Shown: in pieces, positions 56,031 through 64,000 of the stretch
Position numbering within the stretch: the stretch's first letter is position 1
Layout: each line of letters begins with the position of its first letter
From: Candidatus Spongiisociaceae bacterium
GTDB taxonomy: Bacteria > Actinomycetota > Acidimicrobiia > Spongiisociales > Spongiisociaceae
Direction: 5' to 3'
Assembly: GCA_965219685.1 (NCBI GenBank)
Contig: CBDCOH010000002.1
Span: 3,840,001-3,904,000, forward strand
Length of the DNA: 64,000 bases
Program-made: the position numbers and the translations under genes
Notes under the pieces: generated by a model
Databases searched by the model: none
Told to the model about the DNA's origin: nothing
Seen by the model: the letters and a program-made list of their open reading frames with translations, nothing else

Positions 56031-57320
56031 ATGAAGAGATCTTCCACCCGGTATTCCGCAGCCGGGCTGCTTTCCATGGGCGTCCGAAGGAGAACCTGGC
56101 CTCGAGTATGGCGGGAGATGCCCCTGCGGAGCAGCTACGACGTCGTGGTCATCGGCGGTGGCGTGCACGGGCTGGCCACGGCCTACTACCTGGCCGCCAA
56201 CCACGGCATAACCGATGTCGCCGTGCTCGAGAAGTCCTACCTGGGGAGCGGGGGATCCGGCCGCAACACGGCCATTCTGCGATCCAACTACCTGACACCC
56301 GAAGGCGTGGTCTTCTACGACCGCTCCCTGGAGCTGTACGGGAACCTGGCGACCGACCTGAACATGAACGTGATGTTCTCCCAACGAGGTCACATAACCC
56401 TCGCGCACAGCGACGCGTCGCTGCGGACCATGCACTGGAGAGCCGAGGTCAACAAGCTCCAGGGTGTCGACTCGAGTGTCATCGGACCCGCCCGGATCAA
56501 GCAGTTGGCGCCTTCGCTCGACACGTCGAGCCACCCCCGCTATCCGATCCTTGGCGCCCTCTACCACCCGCCCGGAGGCATCATCCGCCATGACGCCGTG
56601 GTGTGGGGATACGCGCGGGGCGCCGACTCCCTGGGCGTGGAGATGCACCAGAAGACGGAGGTGGTCGACATACTGGTCGAGGGTGGCGACGGACCGGGCG
56701 GCAAGGGTCCCGGCGGAAGGGTCACCGGGGTTCGCACCAACCGTGGCGATGTCTCGGCACCCGTGGTGGTGAACTGCACCGCCGGGTGGGCCACGCTGAT
56801 CTCCGACATGGTCGGCGTCGGGCTACCCATCAGCACCCGCCCCCTGCAGGCCGCGGTCACCGAGCCGGTCAAGGTGTTCCTTCCCGTGGTGGTGGTCTCG
56901 GGAACGCTGCACGTGTACGTAAGCCAGACCGCCCGCGGCGAGCTGGTGTTCGGCGCCTCGGTAGATCCCTACAACACCTACAGCATCCGCGGTTCGCTGG
57001 ATTTCACCGAGGCCACGGCGGGACACCTGCTCGAGCTCATGCCCGGCATCTCCCGCATGCGCCTGCTGCGCCAGTGGGCAGGCCTCTGCGACATGACCCC
57101 CGACTACTCGCCGGTGATGGGCTTCACCCCCGTGGAGGGGTTCCTGTGCGATGTCGGATGGGGCACCTACGGCTTCAAGGCGGGTCCCGTATCGGGCGAG
57201 CAGATGGCCGAGGCGATCGCCACGCAGAGGACCCCGGACCTGATCGCTCCCTTTTCCCTGTCCCGCTTCGAGAGCGACTCCCTCGTCGGCGAAAAGGGCG
57301 CCGCGGCCGTGGGGCACTAG
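56031..57320 (+). CDS. soxB: Heterotetrameric sarcosine oxidase / N-methylglutamate dehydrogenase family, beta subunit
   Basis: IGGGVHGLATAYYLA, GRNT, RHDAVVWGYA, GWGTYGFKA. Confidence 0.88.
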   Translation: MKRSSTRYSAAGLLSMGVRRRTWPRVWREMPLRSSYDVVVIGGGVHGLATAYYLAANHGITDVAVLEKSYLGSGGSGRNTAILRSNYLTPEGVVFYDRSLELYGNLATDLNMNVMFSQRGHITLAHSDASLRTMHWRAEVNKLQGVDSSVIGPARIKQLAPSLDTSSHPRYPILGALYHPPGGIIRHDAVVWGYARGADSLGVEMHQKTEVVDILVEGGDGPGGKGPGGRVTGVRTNRGDVSAPVVVNCTAGWATLISDMVGVGLPISTRPLQAAVTEPVKVFLPVVVVSGTLHVYVSQTARGELVFGASVDPYNTYSIRGSLDFTEATAGHLLELMPGISRMRLLRQWAGLCDMTPDYSPVMGFTPVEGFLCDVGWGTYGFKAGPVSGEQMAEAIATQRTPDLIAPFSLSRFESDSLVGEKGAAAVGH

Positions 57321-57663
57321 GAGTGGCCTGCCCATGGAACAGCCAGCCGTTCCCTGCTCGCCGGCGACGCCTCTCGCTGCGTTCCATGGACCGACCACTG
57401 GTCCGGATCGTGGTTGGCGAGTCCGTGTCACACCCTCGTTCTACGTTGTTGGATAACCGTAAGCACCAGTGGTCCGGCTCCCGGCGTCGACCGGACCGCG
57501 CGAGGGAACATATCGTTGTGGCCGCTCCGCTCAGGGGGCCCAGGCGGGACGCGTCCGACACCAAGGTGGTGGCGGCTGGGGGAGGGCCCGATGGGGGAGG
57601 GGTGCTAGGCGGTGGCGGTTTTCGCGCTCTTGGTCTGACCGGGCGCCTTCCCGAGGGGTGCCC

Positions 57664-57936
57664 GTGCTGATCGTTCCGTGCCCCAACTGCGGCCCCCGGA
57701 ACTCTGCCGACCTGCGCTACGTGGGGGAGTCCCGTCCCAGACCTGATCCCAACTCGGCCACTGCCGCCGAGTGGCGCGCCTACCTGTACGAGAGGGCGAA
57801 CCCCGCAGGAATGTTGCGTGAGACCTGGTACTGCCGCTCCGGCTGCCGCCGCTACTTCACACTCGAACGCGACACCGTCACCAACGAGTTCGCCGACCCG
57901 CCGACACCTGTCCCCAAGATCGGGAAGAGGCCGTGA
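57664..57936 (+). CDS. soxD: Sarcosine oxidase family, delta subunit
   Basis: MLIVPCPNCGPR..W..YLYER.NPAG..GCRRYF..RDTVT. Confidence 0.88.
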   Translation: MLIVPCPNCGPRNSADLRYVGESRPRPDPNSATAAEWRAYLYERANPAGMLRETWYCRSGCRRYFTLERDTVTNEFADPPTPVPKIGKRP

Positions 57937-60776
57937 CCCGTCTCCCTCCCCGGCCCGGCGAGGTGATCGACCGCTCGAATCCCGTTGACTTCACGTGGAA
58001 CGGGCAGAAGGTGACGGGCTTCGAGGGCGACACCATCGCCTCCGCGCTGACGGCCGCCGGCGTCCGGGTCGTTTCCCGGTCTATGAAGTACCGCCGGCCC
58101 CGCGGTTACATGAGCAACGACTACTGGGACCCCAACGGGCTGGTGCAGGTGGGTGACGATCCGAACGTGCGCTCGGCCCACCGGTTGATCGAGCCGGGCA
58201 TGGAAGTCACGGCCCAGAACGTCTGGCCGTCGCTGAATCGCGACCTGAAGGCGGTGACGGGGCTGGCGTCGCGGTTCCTGACCGCCGGGTTCTACTACAA
58301 GACCTTCATGCGGCCGCAGTGGCTCTGGCCCACCTACGAGAAGGTGCTGGCCACGTTCTCACCCGGGGGGAGGATCGACCTCGACACTCCCCACCGGTAC
58401 CACGACAAGCGCTACGCCCATCCCGACGTGGTGGTGGCCGGCGGAGGTCCGGCCGGGATGGCGGCTGCGATCGCAGCAGCCGAGGCCGGTGCGAGGGTGC
58501 TTCTCGCCGAGCATTGCCACCGTCTGGGCGGCCACCTCCTCTGGGGCGATGACAACGACCGGGCTCTGGCCGCCGAGCTCTCCTCCGCTGTTGAGGCCGC
58601 GGGGGTCGAGGTCCTGGTCGACTCGACCGTCACCGGCCGCTACGAGGACAACTGGACCGCCATCGTCCAGCGCAACCATCCCGTCGCCGTCGAGCGCCTG
58701 ATCAAGGCCCGGGCCAAGGTCCTGATCGCCGCGCCGGGACTGATCGAGCGTCCCTACGTGTTCGACGGCAACGACAAGCCCGGTGTCATGCTCTCGGGGG
58801 CGGTGCGCCGCTTCGTGAAGATGTACGCGGTGAGGCCGGGCCGCACCGCGGTGGTGTTCACCGCCAATCCCGACGGGGATGCCGCTGCCATCGACCTGGA
58901 GCGGGCCGGTGCGAAGGTGACGGTGGTCGACGCCCGGCGGGGTGAGGGCATCGTGAGAGCCGGGGGGGGAGCGAAGGCGGTCAGGAACGTGGAACTGGCC
59001 GACGGCCGCAAGCTGGACTGCGATCTGCTGGTCACCGCGATCGGCTGGACCGCACCCACCTCCCTGCTGAACATGTCGGGCGACCGGCCTGTCTACGACG
59101 AGTCCGCGGCGCGGTTCTTCCCCTCGGTCCCGATCGGCAGTGTTCTCGCAACCGGTGGGCTCGCCGGTGACGGCAGCATGGAACAACTCATCGAGCACGC
59201 CCGCGCCACCGGTCGGCTGGCCGCCGCCCGGGCGAGGTCGGTGAACCACCGCCTGCAGGCCGCTACGACCCGGGCCCTGCCGGTGGACGGTGAGGAACCC
59301 GATTGGCCCCGGGACACCCGTCCTACCCTGCCCCGGAGTCCGCATCCCGCCCTCTACCGGTCCTCCACGCACGGTGTGGTCGACTTCTCCGAGGACGTGA
59401 GTTCTAAGGACATGGTGGGCGCGGCGGCCGAGGGATACGACTCCGTCGAACTCCTGAAGCGCTACACGACCGCCACCATGGGACCGAGCCAGGGCAAGCT
59501 GGAAACGGTCAACACGGTGGCGGTGCTGGCCGAGGCCCGGGGACAGACGATCGCCGAGGTCGGGACCACCGTTTGGCGGCCTCCCTACGCGCCGATCACC
59601 ATGGGGGCTCTCGGTGGGTGCCTGCTCGAGCCGGTGCGGGTGTCGTCGATCCATCGGTGGCACGAGGCCAACAGCGCCACGTTCATGCTGGCCGGCCAGT
59701 GGATCCGGCCCGACCACTACGGAGACCCGGCCGGCGAAGTGCTCAACACGCGCCGGAACGTCGGGATCATGGACGTGACCCCGCTCGGCAAGCTCGACCT
59801 CCGGGGACCCGACGTACCGAAGCTGCTCAGCCATCTCTACACCAACAAGTGGATGAAGCTGGCGGTCGGCTCCGTGCGGTACGGCGTCATGTGCGGCGAG
59901 GACGGCGTGATACTCGACGACGGGGTCACGGGGCGGCTCGGCGATCAGCACTACATGATGACCACCACCAGCTCCGGCGCCGCCACGGTCTGGGAGTGGG
60001 CCGAGAACTGGCTCCAGACCGAGCATCCCGACTGGCAGGTACACGTCACCCCGGTGACCTCGGGCTACACCAGCATCAACGTGGCCGGCCCGGAGTCTCG
60101 AAGGCTCATCCGTCGCGTCGTTGAGGATGTCGACCTCGACCCCGAGGCCTTCCGGTACATGCAGGTGCGCACCGCGACGGTGGCCGGCATCCGCGACTGC
60201 TTCATGTGGCGCATCGGCTTCACCGGGGAACTCTCCTTCGAACTCCACGTACCCGCCGGCCACGGTCTCCACGTATGGGAGGCCCTGCTGGAAGCCGGTC
60301 AGGATCTGGGTGTCGGCCCCTTCGGCGTGGAGTGCCAGCGCATCATGCGGCTGGAGAAGGGCCACTTCATCGTGGGCCAGGACACGGACGGGCTCACCAA
60401 GGCGCCCGCCGTGGGACTAAGCCACCTCATCAAGCTGGATAAGCACGACTTCGCCGGCAAGCCTGAGCTGTCCTGGGCCATGGAAGATCATTCGGCGCCC
60501 GTGCTGGTAGCCATCCAACCCACGCACCCCCATATCGTGCCGGACGAGGCCGCCCAGATCGTGCGTCCCGGCACCGATGAGATCATCGGCCGGATCACCT
60601 CCTCACGCATGTCCCCGTCCCTGAACCGCTCGGTCTGCCTCGGCCAGGTGCTGCCCGAGGCGTCGGCCCCCGGTTCGGAACTGACCGTGGTCATGGTCGG
60701 CGGCCGCCGCATCACCGCCCGGGTGATGGAACACCATGCTCACTTCGACCCGGATGGACTGCGGGTTCGTGGCTGA
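57933..60776 (+). CDS. soxA: Sarcosine oxidase family, alpha subunit
   Basis: GDTIASAL..RSMKYRRPRG, GGGPAG, KRYTTATMGPSQG, C-terminal GcvT-like domain. Confidence 0.9.
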   Translation: MTRLPPRPGEVIDRSNPVDFTWNGQKVTGFEGDTIASALTAAGVRVVSRSMKYRRPRGYMSNDYWDPNGLVQVGDDPNVRSAHRLIEPGMEVTAQNVWPSLNRDLKAVTGLASRFLTAGFYYKTFMRPQWLWPTYEKVLATFSPGGRIDLDTPHRYHDKRYAHPDVVVAGGGPAGMAAAIAAAEAGARVLLAEHCHRLGGHLLWGDDNDRALAAELSSAVEAAGVEVLVDSTVTGRYEDNWTAIVQRNHPVAVERLIKARAKVLIAAPGLIERPYVFDGNDKPGVMLSGAVRRFVKMYAVRPGRTAVVFTANPDGDAAAIDLERAGAKVTVVDARRGEGIVRAGGGAKAVRNVELADGRKLDCDLLVTAIGWTAPTSLLNMSGDRPVYDESAARFFPSVPIGSVLATGGLAGDGSMEQLIEHARATGRLAAARARSVNHRLQAATTRALPVDGEEPDWPRDTRPTLPRSPHPALYRSSTHGVVDFSEDVSSKDMVGAAAEGYDSVELLKRYTTATMGPSQGKLETVNTVAVLAEARGQTIAEVGTTVWRPPYAPITMGALGGCLLEPVRVSSIHRWHEANSATFMLAGQWIRPDHYGDPAGEVLNTRRNVGIMDVTPLGKLDLRGPDVPKLLSHLYTNKWMKLAVGSVRYGVMCGEDGVILDDGVTGRLGDQHYMMTTTSSGAATVWEWAENWLQTEHPDWQVHVTPVTSGYTSINVAGPESRRLIRRVVEDVDLDPEAFRYMQVRTATVAGIRDCFMWRIGFTGELSFELHVPAGHGLHVWEALLEAGQDLGVGPFGVECQRIMRLEKGHFIVGQDTDGLTKAPAVGLSHLIKLDKHDFAGKPELSWAMEDHSAPVLVAIQPTHPHIVPDEAAQIVRPGTDEIIGRITSSRMSPSLNRSVCLGQVLPEASAPGSELTVVMVGGRRITARVMEHHAHFDPDGLRVRG

Positions 60777-61368
60777 ACTCCCCACCTTCGAGAGTCCTGT
60801 CAGCAGGAGATTCGTGTCCTATGCGGGCGCATCGGTGGAGCGCCGCCAGTCGGGCGCGGCGCTAACCCTCCATGATGTCTCTGCTACCACCAAGATCATC
60901 GTAAGAGCCGGACCCGAAACCAGTGCCTCCCGCCGTTTGTCTACCCCCTTTGCCACGAGCCGGACCGAGGATGAAGTTCTCATCGTCGGCCAGCGCCCGG
61001 ACGAATGGCTCCTGCTGGGTAGCGAAGCCTCCGTAGAGACCCTGGTGGACAACTTGGACCGATCCGGCCATGTCAGCGTGATCGACGGCACCCACACCCG
61101 GGCCATGTTCCGTCTGACCGGTGCCGACGCGACCTCGGTTCTCGAGAAGCTATGCAGCATTGACTGGAATGATCACATGACCCCGGACGGCGCCGCCGTG
61201 TCGGCCTCAGTGGCGCGGGTTACCTGCGACATCGTCCGCAATGATCTAGAAGGGTCCCGCTCCTACCTGATCTCCTGCGACCGGTCGTACGGCCAGTACC
61301 TGTTCGACGCCATACTCGACGCCCGCCAGGAATTCAGCATAAGCGCCGCGATCGACCAGACCGTCTAA
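60769..61368 (+). CDS. soxG: Sarcosine oxidase family, gamma subunit
   Basis: RPDEWLL, LEKLCSID, DRSYGQYL; overlaps soxA. Confidence 0.82.
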   Translation: MAELPTFESPVSRRFVSYAGASVERRQSGAALTLHDVSATTKIIVRAGPETSASRRLSTPFATSRTEDEVLIVGQRPDEWLLLGSEASVETLVDNLDRSGHVSVIDGTHTRAMFRLTGADATSVLEKLCSIDWNDHMTPDGAAVSASVARVTCDIVRNDLEGSRSYLISCDRSYGQYLFDAILDARQEFSISAAIDQTV

Positions 61369-61464
61369 CCCTGCGCGGTTCCCCGATTTGATGACGGTGA
61401 GCATGGAGCCACGGCCAAGCGTTCCCGAGCGATCGCGCCCACCTCACGTTTCTGACTGGTGCCG

Positions 61465-61716
61465 CTAGGAAGACGCGAAGAGATGCTCGTACTTTCGCTC
61501 GAGTCGCTGGGCATGGAACACACAGCTCCTACGCATGTCGATCAGGACAACGACGGGTATCCCTCTGGTCGTGAACCCGGCTATTGCTGCAATGCCCGCT
61601 CGCGGGAAGTCAGCCTGTCGACCTACCGGATTCGAGAGCACCCAGTAGATGTCGTCTTCGGTGAACCGCTTCAGTGCCGATTCGAGGACAGTGGGAGCCC
61701 CCGACGGTGTGGTCAA
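61465..61716 (-). CDS. Small hypothetical protein, possibly toxin-like
   Basis: 83 aa, SALKR..EDDI..NP..VFHAQRL..KY; overlaps the upstream stop. Confidence 0.5.
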   Translation of the reverse strand: MTTPSGAPTVLESALKRFTEDDIYWVLSNPVGRQADFPRAGIAAIAGFTTRGIPVVVLIDMRRSCVFHAQRLERKYEHLFASS

Positions 61717-62093
61717 TTAACCCCGACGGGTAGTTGGGATCGGAGGTCGCGGGCGAGGTCACCGGGTAGACGCGAGAGGATCACGGCCTGCTGTGAGACG
61801 CTCAACTGCGAAAGGCGCCTGACGGAGACCTCTACGGGCATGTCACGTATGTCAGCAACCTGTTTCTCCAAGGGCCGACGCAAGAAAATCGAATCCGCCA
61901 ACTCGGCTAGCCATGCGTCCTCCTCGGGTGTGAACGGACGCCCGGCGTCGCTGTCGAACGACGCGTCAGGGTCCTCCGAAAGAGCGATGATGTCTCGGTA
62001 GTCGATTTCCGCCACACCTAAAAGGTAGCAGAGTGCCTCGATTAGCCGGGCGTGTGGCCAGTCGTCAACCGGCTCCCGAGGATAGTGAGGCAA
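61713..62093 (-). CDS. Hypothetical protein
   Basis: 126-aa acidic, helical ORF coupled to its neighbours. Confidence 0.5.
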   Translation of the reverse strand: MPHYPREPVDDWPHARLIEALCYLLGVAEIDYRDIIALSEDPDASFDSDAGRPFTPEEDAWLAELADSIFLRRPLEKQVADIRDMPVEVSVRRLSQLSVSQQAVILSRLPGDLARDLRSQLPVGVN

Positions 62094-62244
62094 GATATGC
62101 GAGGAACTCTTCGGTGGATAGGAAGATGCGAGTTCGACCAGCCGTGAAGTCGCCGGTCGGGTCGGGGTTCTTGCCCGTAGAAGTATCTATGTCTGCGAGA
62201 CTTGGTGTTTTGTGATCGGCCTCGGTCACGCTTACAAGATCCAT
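62065..62244 (-). CDS. Small hypothetical protein, possibly antitoxin-like
   Basis: 59 aa ending AGRTRIFLSTEEFLAYL. Confidence 0.4.
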   Translation of the reverse strand: MDLVSVTEADHKTPSLADIDTSTGKNPDPTGDFTAGRTRIFLSTEEFLAYLASLSSGAG

Positions 62245-62321
62245 CGGCGCTTCCCCGGTCTGTCCTGTCTCCAACAATAAGCGTACTCCGGCCCGGACTC
62301 TGTTCAGGGAGCGTGAGGTGG

Positions 62322-63103
62322 CTATACGCCAGCATGCCATGCCTGGCGGGCGATGGCACCCACCTCGCGTTTCTGATTGTCGCTGATGGTGAGGGGTGTT
62401 CTACCGGCCGGGCAGAAGATGAAGAGGCAGGGGTCGCCTGCGACGTCGTACCAGCGGGAACGAACCTGGTAAGGACGTGAGCGGGGTGCGCCGCTCGCGG
62501 TCCGGTCGAAGGCGTGCAGGATTCCCCACCGACCGTGCGCGTCGAACAGGATGCTGTCCAGATGATCTTCGGCGACCGAAGCACCACGATGTGCGGCCGC
62601 AGCTGCTCGAGCAGCGCATGCCAGAGCGGGAGGCCGTACATCTTGAGCGTCTCTTGATCGGCTTGAGGGAGTTTGCTCCACCTCGGGTTGGTGGCGACGG
62701 GTGAGCAGATGTCGGTGTGAAGCACCGTCGAGGCCCAGGCCGGGTAGTAATTCGATCTGGCTCCCGTGAGCAACGGTTCGAAGTTTCTGAACCAGCTGTC
62801 GTAGGGGTCAGTACGAAAGTAGGCCGATAGCGCCCTGACGTAACGGTCCTGGTCGGTCGCCGTGACGGTAGAGGCCAGCGGGAAACGTTGGAACGGCCTG
62901 CCCGCCGGGAACTCCTCCGACGATGGGTTGAGCCCGACGGTCAGCAGGCGCGTAGGTGATGCGCAGTAGGTGTCGACGTCGCCGAAGAACAGGATGGGAA
63001 TGGCGGGGGCGACGCGGGACGGCATCCGGGCGGCGCGCTGGAAGGCACGCCATGCGTGGGTAACCGGCTCGGCGAGGTCGGGGGACGGTGCGGGCTTAGT
63101 CAC
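62322..63103 (-). pseudogene. Frameshifted hypothetical protein (uracil-DNA-glycosylase-like N-terminal motif)
   Basis: LLTVGLNPS..EFP; the frame breaks near 62580 (LRPHIVVL) and continues as SVAEDHLDSILF... in another frame to the stop at 62322. Confidence 0.55.
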
Positions 63104-63161
63104 CTGTTCGAAAGCCAGCAGCCGATCTGAAGTTTGTCGCCGGCTCTGAGCGGGTGCGCAC

Positions 63162-64000
63162 CTACTTGCGTCTGTCTCCGGGGATCCAGTCGGTTCCGGC
63201 TACCGGGACTTGGGCCATGGCGGCTGCTTCCACGGTGAGGGCGGCCAGATCCTCCGGCTCGAGATTGGCGACGTGCGACTTGCCGCAGGCCCGGGCGAGG
63301 GTCTGGGTCTCGAGGGTAAGCACCTGTAGGTAGTTGGCCAGACGCCGGCCTCCGATCACCGGATCGAGGCGTGAGGTCAGCCGCGGATCCTGGGTGGAAA
63401 TGCCGGCCGGGTCGGTCCCGTCCTGCAGGTCGTCCCAGTAGCCGGCCGCCGAACCCAGCTCCCGGTACTCCCCGTCGTAGGCCGGGTCGTTGTCTCCTAG
63501 GGCGATCAAGGCCGCGGTGCCGATCGAGACTGCGTCAGCCCCGAGCGCCAGGGCCTTGGCCACGTCGGCGCCGGATCGGATACCCCCGGAAGCAATGAGC
63601 TTCACCGACTTGCGATGGACGTCGAGATCCTGGAGGGCCCGCGTGGCTTCCGGGATGGCGGCGATGGTGGGGATCCCCGCATGCTCGATGAACACGTCCT
63701 GGGTGGCTGCGGTGCCGCCCTGCATGCCGTCGACCACCACCGCGTCGGCGCCTGCCTTGACCGCCAGGGCCGTGTCGTAGAAGGGCCGGGCGGCGCCGAT
63801 CTTGACGAAGATCGGGACCTGCCAGTCGACGATCTCGCGTAGCTCGTGGATCTTGATCTGGAGGTCGTCGGGTCCGGTCCAGTCAGGATGGCGGCAGGCC
63901 GATCGCTGGTCGATGCCGGTGGGCAGCGTGCGCATCCCGGCCACCCGCTCGCTGACCTTCTGGCCGAGCAGCATGCCGCCGCCACCGGGCTTGGCGCCCT
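63162..64000 (-). CDS. FMN-binding glutamate synthase family protein, N-methylglutamate synthase subunit C-like (5' end outside window)
   Basis: GAKPGGGGMLLGQK, RSACRHPDWTGPDDL, DGMQGGTAATQ, SGGIRSGADVAKALALGADAV. Confidence 0.88.
   Translation of the reverse strand, partial: GAKPGGGGMLLGQKVSERVAGMRTLPTGIDQRSACRHPDWTGPDDLQIKIHELREIVDWQVPIFVKIGAARPFYDTALAVKAGADAVVVDGMQGGTAATQDVFIEHAGIPTIAAIPEATRALQDLDVHRKSVKLIASGGIRSGADVAKALALGADAVSIGTAALIALGDNDPAYDGEYRELGSAAGYWDDLQDGTDPAGISTQDPRLTSRLDPVIGGRRLANYLQVLTLETQTLARACGKSHVANLEPEDLAALTVEAAAMAQVPVAGTDWIPGDRRK

Overview
High-GC bacterial DNA. The lipoprotein style and gene content suggest an actinomycete, possibly Acidimicrobiia (inference). (1) 1-12.1 kb: IclR-controlled aromatic catabolic island. 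It has lower meta-cleavage genes (mhpD/F/E-like), two tandem catechol 2,3-dioxygenases, a histidine phosphatase, a two-subunit phenylphosphate-synthase-like dikinase, a Rieske oxygenase and a small CxxC..CxxC protein. I propose this is an aerobic 'phosphorylate, Rieske-oxygenate, dephosphorylate, meta-cleave' route for a phenol (top finding). A NYN nuclease cassette with a structured leader is inserted in it. (2) 12.1-15.3 kb: nuclease and ISL3 remnants, then an incomplete 2-oxoacid dehydrogenase (E1b, E1a, free lipoyl domain). (3) 15.5-23.5 kb: type II Wadjet-like SMC system in the unusual order jetC-A-B-D, with variant ATPase motifs. (4) 23.5-53.4 kb: large sugar/sugar-acid-type catabolic region. 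It contains LacI, two ABC systems, six SDRs, two enolase-family enzymes, two amidohydrolases and a vapBC insertion. It also has a binding protein with an apparently exact 925-bp internal duplication, a duplicated 91-bp promoter module in inverted orientation, and heptamer arrays, two of which share a 56-bp tail. (5) 53.6-64 kb: aspartic protease-like, DUF3224, arsP-arsR, soxBDAG-like operon, small TA-like genes, a frameshifted gene and a partial mgsC-like gene. No rRNA, tRNA or CRISPR array was recognised. All calls rest on manual motif reading, not database searches.
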